A stretch of 20,000 nt of DNA from an uncultured virus (IMG/VR IMGVR_UViG_3300000116_000008) (Duplodnaviria; Heunggongvirae; Uroviricota; Caudoviricetes): IMG/VR virus record IMGVR_UViG_3300000116_000008; one strand, 5' to 3'. Numbering within the stretch: position 1 is the stretch's first letter; each line of letters begins with the position of its first letter. The notes under the pieces are model-generated. The model was not told the DNA's origin and did not search any database. It was given only the letters and a program-made list of their open reading frames with translations. This document shows, piece after piece, positions 1 through 8,557 of the stretch. Both the position numbers and the translations under genes were made by a program.

Positions 1-189
1 TTTAAAAAGAATTTTCCTTTTTTACAAGACGTTAATGAGTGTTTTACCGTACTTCTCCGAAACAATAATCAAAATATTTCAGAACATAGTATGGCTAGCG
101 GGTTTGGTTCACATTATGATGAAGAAGCTCTTAAATGGTTTGCTAATTATTTACACAAGTATATAAAGTCAAATAATCTTTTACCTTGA
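1..189 (+). CDS. 3' end of a hypothetical protein (possibly SGNH-like C-terminus), truncated by window edge
   Basis: Frame 1 is open from base 1 to TGA 187-189: ...GFGSHYDEEALKWFANYLHKYIKSNNLLP*. Confidence 0.55.
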   Translation, partial: FKKNFPFLQDVNECFTVLLRNNNQNISEHSMASGFGSHYDEEALKWFANYLHKYIKSNNLLP

Positions 190-233
190 TTTATAGTCTT
201 TATTTTGCTATATTATTATTTTAGGAGGTTAAT

Positions 234-470
234 TTGGCACAATATGTAGTAAGACAAGGGAGATGGTCTAATGAAGTTACAAAATTTGATGACTCTAGGG
301 AGCCTATCGATGTATATACCTTTAATCACAGGGGATGTGGTTGTCCTGCTTGGACTCGTAATTGTAAACACGTAAAAATAGTAAAGGCTTGGGAAAAAGC
401 TGGTAAACCGTTAGGTTCAGTTTTTGACGATAGTGCTAAGATGATTGGGAATATTTTCATTAATGAGTAA
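234..470 (+). CDS. SWIM zinc-finger protein
   Basis: CxC...CKH motif (CGCPAWTRNCKH); TTG start after AGGAGG; promoter TTGATT-17-TATATT at 186-214. Confidence 0.75.
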   Translation: MAQYVVRQGRWSNEVTKFDDSREPIDVYTFNHRGCGCPAWTRNCKHVKIVKAWEKAGKPLGSVFDDSAKMIGNIFINE

Positions 471-1221
471 AACATTACTTTTAAATGATTCAACTCACTA
501 CCATCATGGCTGTGCAAAAGTAATAGAAACATTCACTTTTGATCACAGTATTGCGACTAATAGATCTATTAATGTAAATTTTTCAGATTATTCTACAGTA
601 ATTCTAAATGGTGAGGGTACTATGCACCATAATAGGAATACTGCATTGAAGTTTTTACAAGCACTAAAGGACGCTTATTTAGCTAAGTGTGATGTTCAAT
701 TAGTCAATACTGTTTGGCAAGATATGACAAATGATTATGACGATGTTCTAGCTAAATGTAGCCTTATTCAAGTAAGAGATACTATTTCACAACAAGAGCT
801 TAAAAATAGACATGGTATTGATAGTGATATAGTTCCAGACAGAAGTATTATACCGTATGTTCCTTTTCAGGACTATCCCCCTGTAAATGTTTATCAAGGC
901 AATCGTTTTGATAGTAAGGTAGAATCATTTAAGTTAGGATGTCCTAAGATTAACATTTTTAAAGAAGACTGGAATAGTATAGTTAATAGGCTGAGACACG
1001 CAAAGCTATTAGTTACAGGAAGGCATCACGAAGCATATGCAGCAATTAAAGCTGAGTGTGAATTTATATTATTACCAGGTAATACACATAAAAATGAAGG
1101 AATTTATTTAAACGCTGGAGTTTCTCCTATAAACTCGATTGATGATATAGAAGATGTTTTATCTGGTGAGTATACTAGAGAATTTAATAGGATATTTGAG
1201 TATTATGGAAAAAGTATTTAG
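463..1221 (+). CDS. Polysaccharide pyruvyl transferase-like protein
   Basis: Motifs NDS.HYHHG, NGEGTMHH, VRD, VPD, VTGRHH; likely start MSK at 463 coupled to the upstream stop. Confidence 0.65.
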   Translation: MSKTLLLNDSTHYHHGCAKVIETFTFDHSIATNRSINVNFSDYSTVILNGEGTMHHNRNTALKFLQALKDAYLAKCDVQLVNTVWQDMTNDYDDVLAKCSLIQVRDTISQQELKNRHGIDSDIVPDRSIIPYVPFQDYPPVNVYQGNRFDSKVESFKLGCPKINIFKEDWNSIVNRLRHAKLLVTGRHHEAYAAIKAECEFILLPGNTHKNEGIYLNAGVSPINSIDDIEDVLSGEYTREFNRIFEYYGKSI

Positions 1222-1585
1222 AGATTGGGGTTGGTGGAGCGTATTAGCAGAATACGATAAATCTTGTAAGATTAAAGAGTTAGTTGTCAAACCAAAGACT
1301 AAGCTTTCTTGGCAAAGACATAATTTTAGAAGTGAAGTATGGTTTGTTAGAAAAGGAACTGCTACAATCTACTATAGTGACGATAGGGAAGGATTAAAAA
1401 ATGTTTTTAAAGATACAAAAGTCGAAAAGCAAACTCATCGGATCTCACGATACCAGTGGCATTGCTTGGCTAACGAAACTAATGAAGAAGTGTCTGTTAT
1501 TGAAATTCAGTTTGGCGATGATTGTCGTGAGTCCGACATCATACGCAAGCAGCTTCCACAAGGAAGTTACCTGTTTGGCAACTAA
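1205..1585 (+). CDS. Cupin, mannose-6-phosphate isomerase type II C-terminal-like
   Basis: R.WG.W, LSWQRH..RSEVW, WH.L.N, IEIQFG..C.ESDIIR motifs. Confidence 0.8.
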   Translation: MEKVFRDWGWWSVLAEYDKSCKIKELVVKPKTKLSWQRHNFRSEVWFVRKGTATIYYSDDREGLKNVFKDTKVEKQTHRISRYQWHCLANETNEEVSVIEIQFGDDCRESDIIRKQLPQGSYLFGN

Positions 1586-1991
1586 TATTTACTGGGAAGC
1601 TCGAAATCAAACGGTATCTGGTATGCTAGGGGTCGGAATGGTAACTCGTAATAGAGTCAAGCGACAGACTTTTCCTAACACGTATTGTGGAGTTGTATAC
1701 GAAGCTAAGATGAGTAAGTGGTGGAAAACTGAACACAATAAAGATGTACCTGTAAGAAATAGATGTCAGTTTAGTTGGTACTGTGATGGTACATCTGACA
1801 AAGTACCTGCCTATGATCGTGAAGTTTGGGAAGTAGCAGTTTATTTAGCACGAGGAATATATAATGGTAGATATACTGATAATACTTTTGGTGCTACACA
1901 TTATCATGCTTACTATGTGTCACCTAAATGGGCAAAGCAATTTAGACATACTACTACTATTGATGATCACATTTTTTATAGATATGATTAA
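1482..1991 (+). CDS. Cell wall hydrolase, SleB/Hydrolase_2 family
   Basis: CLA.NIY.EARNQ, V..NRV....FPNT.C.VV, CQFSW.CDG, GATHYHA.YV.P.WA, I..HIFY; signal-peptide-like N-terminus from ATG 1482. Confidence 0.9.
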   Translation: MKKCLLLKFSLAMIVVSPTSYASSFHKEVTCLATNIYWEARNQTVSGMLGVGMVTRNRVKRQTFPNTYCGVVYEAKMSKWWKTEHNKDVPVRNRCQFSWYCDGTSDKVPAYDREVWEVAVYLARGIYNGRYTDNTFGATHYHAYYVSPKWAKQFRHTTTIDDHIFYRYD

Positions 1992-2106
1992 TGTGGGAAA
2001 ACAGATTTCAGTGTAATGAGTTTACTGACTTTACAGATTCTGATGTATAGTCCTCTACTCTTTCAAAATATACTTGCATAACTCTTAATTTTTGAATATA
2101 CTATAT

Positions 2107-2164
2107 ATGTAGATGCTCAAAAGAGGTCTACATAATTAAACTTGCTTAATAATAGGAGAAAATA
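2107..2164 (+). promoter_or_regulatory. hsp20 5' leader: stable hairpin plus ROSE-like RNA thermometer
   Basis: Hairpin ATGTAGATGCTC-AAAA-GAGGTCTACAT (2107-2133); CTTGCT (2141-2146) can pair with SD AGGAG (2154-2158) with a bulged G; promoter TTGCAT-17-TATACT just upstream. Confidence 0.6.
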
Positions 2165-2581
2165 ATGACTTTAACTAGTACATTCGCTTTTCCAAGAAGT
2201 GCGTTTCTTGGATTCGACCATATATTTGACGAACTTAATAATATTCGTTTACACGCACACGACGGATACCCACCACATAACGTAATTAAAACTGGAGAGA
2301 AGACTTACACAATTGAACTTGCTGTTGCAGGATTCAAAAAGTCTGATTTGAAAGTTGATATTAAAGATCATGTACTAACAATTGGAGGAGAGCGTGCACA
2401 ACGTAGACCTGCAGAAGATTACGTACATCGTGGTTTGAGTACCCGAAAGTTCTCAAAATCATATAGACTTTCCGAATACACAGAAGTCGTTGGAGCTGAC
2501 CTAAACGATGGTATATTGACTGTCAACTTAGAAGTAATTGTTCCACAGGAAAAACTTCCGAAGGCAATATCTATCAAATAG
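2165..2581 (+). CDS. hsp20: Small heat shock protein Hsp20 (IbpA-like)
   Basis: FLGFD..F, YPPHNVI, Y.IELAVAGF, YVHRGLSTRKF, V.GADL.DGIL.V.L. Confidence 0.95.
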   Translation: MTLTSTFAFPRSAFLGFDHIFDELNNIRLHAHDGYPPHNVIKTGEKTYTIELAVAGFKKSDLKVDIKDHVLTIGGERAQRRPAEDYVHRGLSTRKFSKSYRLSEYTEVVGADLNDGILTVNLEVIVPQEKLPKAISIK

Positions 2582-2625
2582 TGTTGGTGTCTCTTTAAAT
2601 AAAACTTAATTTAAGGAGAAATGAT

Positions 2626-2853
2626 ATGACAACTATGTCTATAACTGCATTTACTTGCAGTGCATGCGAAAAAATCGCAACTATGTTTAACAATCTTTTT
2701 AGAAAAGTACGATTTGGAATGCAGATGTCTGCAAACCAAAGAGTCGCTAGAGAGTTAATCCACTTAGGCTTTCATCAGCAAAAAGAGTTTAACCAGCTTC
2801 TACAAAGAATGAACGATCAAGCTATAGAAGAATACTATGACAACAAGAAGTAG
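2626..2853 (+). CDS. Hypothetical protein
   Basis: ORF with AAGGAG RBS directly after hsp20. Confidence 0.7.
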   Translation: MTTMSITAFTCSACEKIATMFNNLFRKVRFGMQMSANQRVARELIHLGFHQQKEFNQLLQRMNDQAIEEYYDNKK

Positions 2854-2910
2854 TATCTGATGTGGCCTTATACTGAAGATGAGAACGACTTCTTATCTAA
2901 ATAAAAAAGC

Positions 2911-2941
2911 GAATGGGGGCTATGATTGTAGCTCCCTTCTT
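2911..2941 (+). terminator. Probable intrinsic terminator of the hsp20 unit
   Basis: GGGGGCTA-TGATTG-TAGCTCCC stem followed by TTCTT; overlaps the -35 of the next promoter (TTGCAT-17-TATTAT, 2940-2968). Confidence 0.55.
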
Positions 2942-2998
2942 GCATTATACCCCAAAATATTGTATTATAAGTTATAAATTTTTAAAAGGAGAATTATT

Positions 2999-3202
2999 AT
3001 GACTAAAGGCGAAATAAATTTTGCAATAAGACCTGACTACAATCAGGAATCTACAGACGCAACTTCCGTAGTACCTGAGATTGACTACAAATTTTCTTTT
3101 GATCACTCTCAAGGTCTTCAACTTAGTATTCAAGAGATTGATTATCATTTTAATAAATGGTTACTATCTTTAGGTTATGAGAGAAAAGGATCTAGTCAAT
3201 GA
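2999..3202 (+). CDS. Hypothetical protein
   Basis: ORF with AAGGAG RBS after a promoter. Confidence 0.65.
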   Translation: MTKGEINFAIRPDYNQESTDATSVVPEIDYKFSFDHSQGLQLSIQEIDYHFNKWLLSLGYERKGSSQ

Positions 3203-3429
3203 AAATAGGAGATCAAATACTCAAAGCAGCTTTACTACAAGCTAAAGGTCAAGTAGAAGTACATAAAACTAACATTTTAGTTTATCAAAATATGCCAGCA
3301 GGTATTGGAGAGCATAGTGATGTTACTGAAGCAGTTATTTCTGAATTAGATAAGCTGGCTTCAGCTAATGATAGAATTGATATGTTAAGATACTACTTTG
3401 ACATAGAAGATGAACATGACTTTGAATAA
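3199..3429 (+). CDS. Hypothetical phage protein (GIGEH motif)
   Basis: ATGA overlap; PAGIGEHSD motif typical of a small marine-phage protein family. Confidence 0.75.
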   Translation: MKIGDQILKAALLQAKGQVEVHKTNILVYQNMPAGIGEHSDVTEAVISELDKLASANDRIDMLRYYFDIEDEHDFE

Positions 3430-3455
3430 ACTATTGGCTTAGATACTAAATATAA

Positions 3456-3529
3456 AGGGGATAAGTGTTATGGTAGCACGGCAGGCTCCAACCCTGTAAG
3501 CGTGGGTTCGACTCCTACATCCCTTGCCA
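3456..3529 (+). tRNA. tRNA-Trp (CCA)
   Basis: Acceptor AGGGGAT/ATCCCTT, G discriminator, encoded CCA end; anticodon arm GCAGG-CTCCAAC-CCTGT; T-loop TTCGACT. Confidence 0.92.
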
Positions 3530-3550
3530 ATTTTTAGGAGGACAATTATA

Positions 3551-3775
3551 ATGTATGCGATAAAATGTACACCAAGCAAGTATAACCCAAATGATTGGTA
3601 TTTACTCAGAGATTTAAATGATTATGTTGTTCATGTGTGGACAAGAGAATCTGAAGTAAAAAAGTTACTTGCTGAATTGAAAAATAATACTCTTGAGATA
3701 ACACAAGATATCCCTCGATTGGCTCTTGAAAGGGCAACGGCTAAAAAAAGAGCAAAATTGACTGAAAAGGAGTGA
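3551..3775 (+). CDS. Hypothetical protein
   Basis: AGGAGG RBS then ATG 3551; the track's TTG start lies inside the tRNA. Confidence 0.7.
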   Translation: MYAIKCTPSKYNPNDWYLLRDLNDYVVHVWTRESEVKKLLAELKNNTLEITQDIPRLALERATAKKRAKLTEKE

Positions 3776-3777
3776 AG

Positions 3778-4185
3778 ATGAATAAATTAATTAGTTTAAC
3801 AACTATTGGAATCGTAACCTGTTTTGTGAGCACTGCTAATGCAACACAACCTCATTCTGCAAAAGTTAGTGATCATTACAAAGCAGTTATAGTAAAGATA
3901 CCAACAGATTATGAAGTATGCACAAAAGGTAACGGTAAAACAGATTTAGAGAATTTTATTACAGGAGGTATTGTTGGTGGAGTGATTGGTAACAATATTC
4001 CTGGAGAAAAAGGGGGCGGAGCATTGGGTGCTATACTAGGCGGAGCATTAAACGCTGAAGCTAATAAAGGCATAAAATGTACAAAGCACACTCATTATGA
4101 AAAAAAGATGGAAACTATTTACTCACACAGCACTATAACCTTTACTTATGATGGTAGAAGTTATACTGTAAGATTTACAAAGTAG
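3778..4185 (+). CDS. Glycine-zipper domain envelope protein
   Basis: Signal-like N-terminus; GGIVGGVIG...GGALGAILGG glycine zipper. Confidence 0.7.
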   Translation: MNKLISLTTIGIVTCFVSTANATQPHSAKVSDHYKAVIVKIPTDYEVCTKGNGKTDLENFITGGIVGGVIGNNIPGEKGGGALGAILGGALNAEANKGIKCTKHTHYEKKMETIYSHSTITFTYDGRSYTVRFTK

Positions 4186-4261
4186 GTCTCGTAGCTCAAC
4201 TGGACAGAGTATCGGTCTACGAAACCGAGGGTTGCAGGTTCGAATCCTGCCGAGATCACCA
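4185..4261 (+). tRNA. tRNA-Arg (ACG)
   Basis: Acceptor GGTCTCG/CGAGATC-ACCA; D arm GCTC-AACTGGACA-GAGT; anticodon arm TCGGT-CTACGAA-ACCGA; T-loop TTCGAAT. Confidence 0.95.
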
Positions 4262-4281
4262 AATTAAGGAGAGAGAACTAA

Positions 4282-4776
4282 ATGCATAGAATATCTGCAT
4301 ATTGGAAAGATAAAACTATAGTTAGGTTATTCAGATGTGTTTACGACGCTATTGACTTTAAAGATATTATGGATGCAAATTATCCTGATAAAGTAAAATT
4401 CGAAAAAGGAGTATTTTCAATGAGAGAATGGACATATGATATGTGGAATGTTATTATGGATAGTAAGCATAATCCACTACGGAATATCCCAGATTTGCAA
4501 GTTAGGCACCTGGTTATGCAAGTGTTGGCATGGATGTGGTGTATCACATTTTCTATGTATTTTAGTTCTATGTGGATGTTTGGCATTACTGCTATTGCAC
4601 ATGCAATACTAATAGCAGCTATAGTTGTTACAGTTTCTACTTTTACTACAGCTAGTTTAAATCCTATATTTTTTATAAAAAAAGGTTATCATACACCAAG
4701 TAGAACTAGAGCGCTATATTATAACGGAAAAAGAATTGAACTCGATGCAAACGACCCTGGAGGCGAGCACGATTAA
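4282..4776 (+). CDS. Hypothetical membrane protein (possible internal start at 4420)
   Basis: AAGGAG RBS; two hydrophobic helices; NPLRNIPDLQVRH.VMQVLAWMW motif. Confidence 0.7.
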   Translation: MHRISAYWKDKTIVRLFRCVYDAIDFKDIMDANYPDKVKFEKGVFSMREWTYDMWNVIMDSKHNPLRNIPDLQVRHLVMQVLAWMWCITFSMYFSSMWMFGITAIAHAILIAAIVVTVSTFTTASLNPIFFIKKGYHTPSRTRALYYNGKRIELDANDPGGEHD

Positions 4777-4785
4777 GGAGAGCAA

Positions 4786-4938
4786 ATGTTAGGAAGATTA
4801 ATTGAATACACCCGTACCACAACTTATCAACACAAACCAAGGAGAAAGTATATGACACCGAACCCACACTATATTAATATGATGATTAATATTGGTATAT
4901 TCGCTATGTTAGTTTACGTTGCTATACAAGTTAGTTAA
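4786..4938 (+). CDS. Small hypothetical membrane protein (50 aa)
   Basis: AAGGAG RBS, C-terminal hydrophobic stretch; below ORF-track cutoff. Confidence 0.5.
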   Translation: MLGRLIEYTRTTTYQHKPRRKYMTPNPHYINMMINIGIFAMLVYVAIQVS

Positions 4939-4950
4939 AGGAGAACATCA

Positions 4951-5148
4951 ATGTTTTATGATATTGATAAACTAAACGACTTAGAAAAAACTGTGAGTGA
5001 TAATTTAGCCTCAGCTGATAATCATACACAACATAATGACCATAAAACACATTGGATTAACTATCGAACTGATATGCCTAATTGTTTAATGGTTATTAGA
5101 GAATATAAAGAATTACTACGACAACTTAACTTAAGAAAGGAAAACTAA
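4951..5148 (+). CDS. Hypothetical protein
   Basis: AAGGAG RBS, operon packing. Confidence 0.65.
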   Translation: MFYDIDKLNDLEKTVSDNLASADNHTQHNDHKTHWINYRTDMPNCLMVIREYKELLRQLNLRKEN

Positions 5149-5333
5149 TGGGAATTATTATATTAGCACTAGGTATGTTCAGCATGGACACACAAGAATT
5201 TAGAGAAACTGCTAATCAGCAAGTAAAAGAAGGATACAAATGGACTTATGTCGGTAAGCAAGCACCATCAGGAGTTCCAGCTATCACTCTAAAGTCAAAT
5301 GGCGATGAATATATACTTTGGAAATTAAAGTAA
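5148..5333 (+). CDS. Hypothetical protein
   Basis: TAATG overlap, N-terminal hydrophobic segment. Confidence 0.6.
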   Translation: MGIIILALGMFSMDTQEFRETANQQVKEGYKWTYVGKQAPSGVPAITLKSNGDEYILWKLK

Positions 5334-5557
5334 TGACAGTAACATACATGACTGATGGTTCACCTAAATCTTGGGATAAAAAGCTACGTACTTATGAAGT
5401 AACTTATCCCAGTGGTCAGAAAGTGTTTTGGAAAGACTATACTGCTCGTGATGCGCTAACTAAGTATGATGGTCACAACTCTATGTATAATTATGAATTA
5501 AAAATCCGAGAGATCGAAGGTAAAGAACTTGCCTTAAAAAAGATTATGGATAAGTGA
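5333..5557 (+). CDS. Hypothetical protein
   Basis: TAATG overlap gives start MTVTY. Confidence 0.6.
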   Translation: MTVTYMTDGSPKSWDKKLRTYEVTYPSGQKVFWKDYTARDALTKYDGHNSMYNYELKIREIEGKELALKKIMDK

Positions 5558-5635
5558 TAGCAAACCTACTTTGTGCTTATCAAATGGTTATTTTTTGTGT
5601 ATTATATAAATAACAATCAAAAATAGGAGATTTTA

Positions 5636-5782
5636 ATGGCAACTAACATTGTACTTTATGGCGTAGCTGCAGCAGCACTTATACTAACTTTCATGGCTAC
5701 TAATGAGTTAGAAAATAGATTTGTAGAAATTGAGAAACAAATTGAAATTCAAAATACTATCATTGATAAACTAAGAAAGTAG
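5636..5782 (+). CDS. Small TM + coiled-coil protein (48 aa)
   Basis: AGGAG RBS; MATNIVLYGVAAAALILTF... Confidence 0.55.
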   Translation: MATNIVLYGVAAAALILTFMATNELENRFVEIEKQIEIQNTIIDKLRK

Positions 5783-5789
5783 GTGAAGC

Positions 5790-5954
5790 ATGGATAATTT
5801 GCAAGAAAAACTACAAGAAACTATTCAAGAGTTAAAAGAAGTCATGGAAGCTCGTAAAGCTAAGATGGACGACCTTAAACGAGAAATTGAAGAGCTTGAA
5901 GAAGAAAATGTCGCATTAGAAGAAAGCATTAAAGGAATCTTAGATGACTTCTAA
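5790..5954 (+). CDS. Small coiled-coil protein (54 aa)
   Basis: AGGTG RBS; E/K/L heptads. Confidence 0.55.
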   Translation: MDNLQEKLQETIQELKEVMEARKAKMDDLKREIEELEEENVALEESIKGILDDF

Positions 5955-6582
5955 TGAACCACATGATATGGCTAAAAGTTGGCTTGAGTGGTTAAAGCAT
6001 AATCCTGACCCTGCAAGTTACCTATCTCCTGACGACTGGAGAACTCAAGCTAACATCTGGATTGACTTAGGCTATTCTTGTGTGAAAACACCATTACTAC
6101 CTAAATATCAGTATCATATTATAGATCGTTGCTTGCGTGGAGCTTCTGACATTATATCTTGTGAGACTACCGCAGTTCATTCAAACACCTCTAGTTTAAT
6201 ACAATGGTGTAAACAATGGAGTAGGGGAGCAGTTCAAGAGTATGCACAACTATTTGAAGTACTCAAAGAGGATCGTGCAGGAAAGCCGCCAACTCATCGC
6301 CAGGTGTGTGAGTCGAGAGATGCTAGCAGAAAACGACACTTCACTGCAGAACATCAGTTCCCCATCATGATACCTAAAAAAGGCATTCGTGATAGAGGAT
6401 GGACACTAGAAAAGGCTCGCAATTGGATGTGGCAACACTCTAAGGTCACGATAGTTACTCAAGCAGAAAATAAACGACTCCTACCTTTCACAGAGGATAT
6501 GGAGATAGCGAGTAAAAGATATTCAGATGCAGACATTGAGATTTGTATCCACCCTAAATATTTGGCTGACGACAATGTTTAA
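5944..6582 (+). CDS. Hypothetical protein, possible His-Me/HNH-like nuclease fold
   Basis: AEHQFP ... VTIVTQAENKRL pattern. Confidence 0.45.
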   Translation: MTSNEPHDMAKSWLEWLKHNPDPASYLSPDDWRTQANIWIDLGYSCVKTPLLPKYQYHIIDRCLRGASDIISCETTAVHSNTSSLIQWCKQWSRGAVQEYAQLFEVLKEDRAGKPPTHRQVCESRDASRKRHFTAEHQFPIMIPKKGIRDRGWTLEKARNWMWQHSKVTIVTQAENKRLLPFTEDMEIASKRYSDADIEICIHPKYLADDNV

Positions 6583-6787
6583 GAATAAAACTGCCTGTGC
6601 AGCACTAGACGCGTATTATATTCAGCACAATGTAGCAGACTTTCAATATGAAGGTATGAGCGGTAAAGCTGCGTTTGAACTCTATTGTATACATAACGAC
6701 GAGTTCCTTCTTGAGTTACTTTGTGCTTATCTTGACCTAGTCAATAATATTAAAGCTATATACCCCGCTGTACCACAGAGCGTTTAA
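6575..6787 (+). CDS. Hypothetical protein
   Basis: Overlapping start MFKN, operon packing. Confidence 0.5.
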   Translation: MFKNKTACAALDAYYIQHNVADFQYEGMSGKAAFELYCIHNDEFLLELLCAYLDLVNNIKAIYPAVPQSV

Positions 6788-7134
6788 TGACCTTATTTTT
6801 TATACTACTTCTCAAACATGCAATTGTAGACTTAGGCGTACAATCTCACTTTTCTGGATTACGTAAGCAGGCATATATCAGTAATGCACACATACATTAT
6901 CTGCATCACGGAATATCAACTCTGCTCATTGCAGCATTCTTTGTAGACCCCCTCCTTGCAGTAGCTTGTGCTATTATTGATTATCTAGCACACTGGCATA
7001 TAGACTGGGGAAAGCATCGTATTAATACAGCTTTTAGCATTAAAAGTCGATCTCGTTTATGGTGGTGGACAAATTCAGTTGACCAGCTACTTCATTTTGT
7101 TACTTATTACATTATTGTTCTCATAGGAGTATAA
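6787..7134 (+). CDS. DUF3307-like membrane protein
   Basis: KH..VD..VQ, H..HHG, HWHIDW.K, DQLLH motifs in hydrophobic helices. Confidence 0.8.
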   Translation: MTLFFILLLKHAIVDLGVQSHFSGLRKQAYISNAHIHYLHHGISTLLIAAFFVDPLLAVACAIIDYLAHWHIDWGKHRINTAFSIKSRSRLWWWTNSVDQLLHFVTYYIIVLIGV

Positions 7135-7135
7135 C

Positions 7136-7543
7136 ATGGTTACAGGACATGATATCTATCGTCATTTTAACCTCAAAACAACTCAAGATTTATTTGGAGT
7201 GTATATAGGTTGGCAACAGATACGACTATATCGAGCGCCCTTAAAGATTGGGCGTAGTAAAAATGCAGCAGCCATACAACGTGGTAGAGCGCAAGGAGGA
7301 GCTGACTGGTGGTTTTCTTCTTATTTTTTACTACCTGACAATGAAGCTACCTACATTGTAGAACGACAGATCAAATCACAACTAAAACAATATAACATCA
7401 AAGGTACCCAACGACAAACAGAATTGTATATCCTAGATGCTGAAGAAGCAAAGCATCAGATTAGAGCAATCCTAACTCAACTCGGTTACGAAGTTATAGA
7501 TATTGTCCCAGAAGTTAAAAATTTACACATTGCACACTCTTAA
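7136..7543 (+). CDS. GIY-YIG/T5orf172-like nuclease domain protein
   Basis: GVYI...LKIGRS...R..Q ... VERQI ... TELY pattern. Confidence 0.55.
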   Translation: MVTGHDIYRHFNLKTTQDLFGVYIGWQQIRLYRAPLKIGRSKNAAAIQRGRAQGGADWWFSSYFLLPDNEATYIVERQIKSQLKQYNIKGTQRQTELYILDAEEAKHQIRAILTQLGYEVIDIVPEVKNLHIAHS

Positions 7544-7706
7544 AATCCATGCTATTATTGTTGCATAGCTGGATTGAACATAAAACGCTTCGGCACAGCG
7601 CGGCACAAAGTTCTTCAACAGAGTGCGACCGTAGGGAGCAAGTGCGGAAACGGAGTTTCACATTGTTTTATGCCACAACTGCGTCTAACTTTAATTAAGA
7701 AAAAGA

Positions 7707-8141
7707 ATGATTAATCTACCAGGTCAAAGTATTGATATAGAAAAATTTAAACTTATATTAGCTTCAAAAACTTTAGATTGTTATGTTTTGTCAGCTATTA
7801 CTGCCTGTTGGATAATAGAACAAAATTTAAATAATGGGAGTCCAGTACATATAGTTACTCATTTAGCTGATACCTGGTCTCATACTGTTTGTGAAGTGAA
7901 AGGCATTGGAACATTAGACGGTAAAAATAACTTATATATACCTAATTACTACTATCACAAACAACCTGCTACAGAACAACAATTCAATGATGCCAAACCA
8001 GTCTTTAATTGGTATGACACTCAGAAAAAACACACTAATGCTAAGAAATGGTGTTGTTATGAACCATCACAGATAACTAAGACTACTTTACTACTATTCG
8101 GAGACTACACCAACTTTTCACCAAAAATGGAATTAATATGA
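7707..8141 (+). CDS. Hypothetical protein (possible papain/transglutaminase-like C..H..D triad)
   Basis: DCY, SHTV, LDG motifs. Confidence 0.45.
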   Translation: MINLPGQSIDIEKFKLILASKTLDCYVLSAITACWIIEQNLNNGSPVHIVTHLADTWSHTVCEVKGIGTLDGKNNLYIPNYYYHKQPATEQQFNDAKPVFNWYDTQKKHTNAKKWCCYEPSQITKTTLLLFGDYTNFSPKMELI

Positions 8142-8329
8142 AATTAGAATTAACACCTTTAGATCATATAACAGTAGCTATTCACGCTTTTTTTATACTT
8201 ATAGGATTAAAACTAGCTTTATCTAATCACATACCTGTAAGTATGTTTGGTGGAGTTTTAGCTTACTTAAATCTTAAGTCTTTTGATGTTTATTCACTAT
8301 GGAGAAAACATGCCAGAACAAGACAATAA
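8138..8329 (+). CDS. Small membrane protein
   Basis: ATGA-like overlap; hydrophobic. Confidence 0.55.
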   Translation: MKLELTPLDHITVAIHAFFILIGLKLALSNHIPVSMFGGVLAYLNLKSFDVYSLWRKHARTRQ

Positions 8330-8486
8330 CTTAGAAGAAGCAATGTCAAAGCTCAACGACACTCTTACATCGCTAGAAGTAGAACTTGATATAGAGAACG
8401 AACAAGATCTGAATACTTCTAAAAAAACTCCTATAAATAATGAATCCTCTAATTGGGATTATGATACATATGGACATGGAGCTTAG
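8310..8486 (+). CDS. Small acidic hypothetical protein
   Basis: GGAG RBS before MPEQD. Confidence 0.55.
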   Translation: MPEQDNNLEEAMSKLNDTLTSLEVELDIENEQDLNTSKKTPINNESSNWDYDTYGHGA

Positions 8487-8557
8487 GTTACTATAGCCTT
8501 GCTAACTACTTGTTTTTTTGCTATTATTAATAGAATTAAAAATTAAAGGAGTAAACT

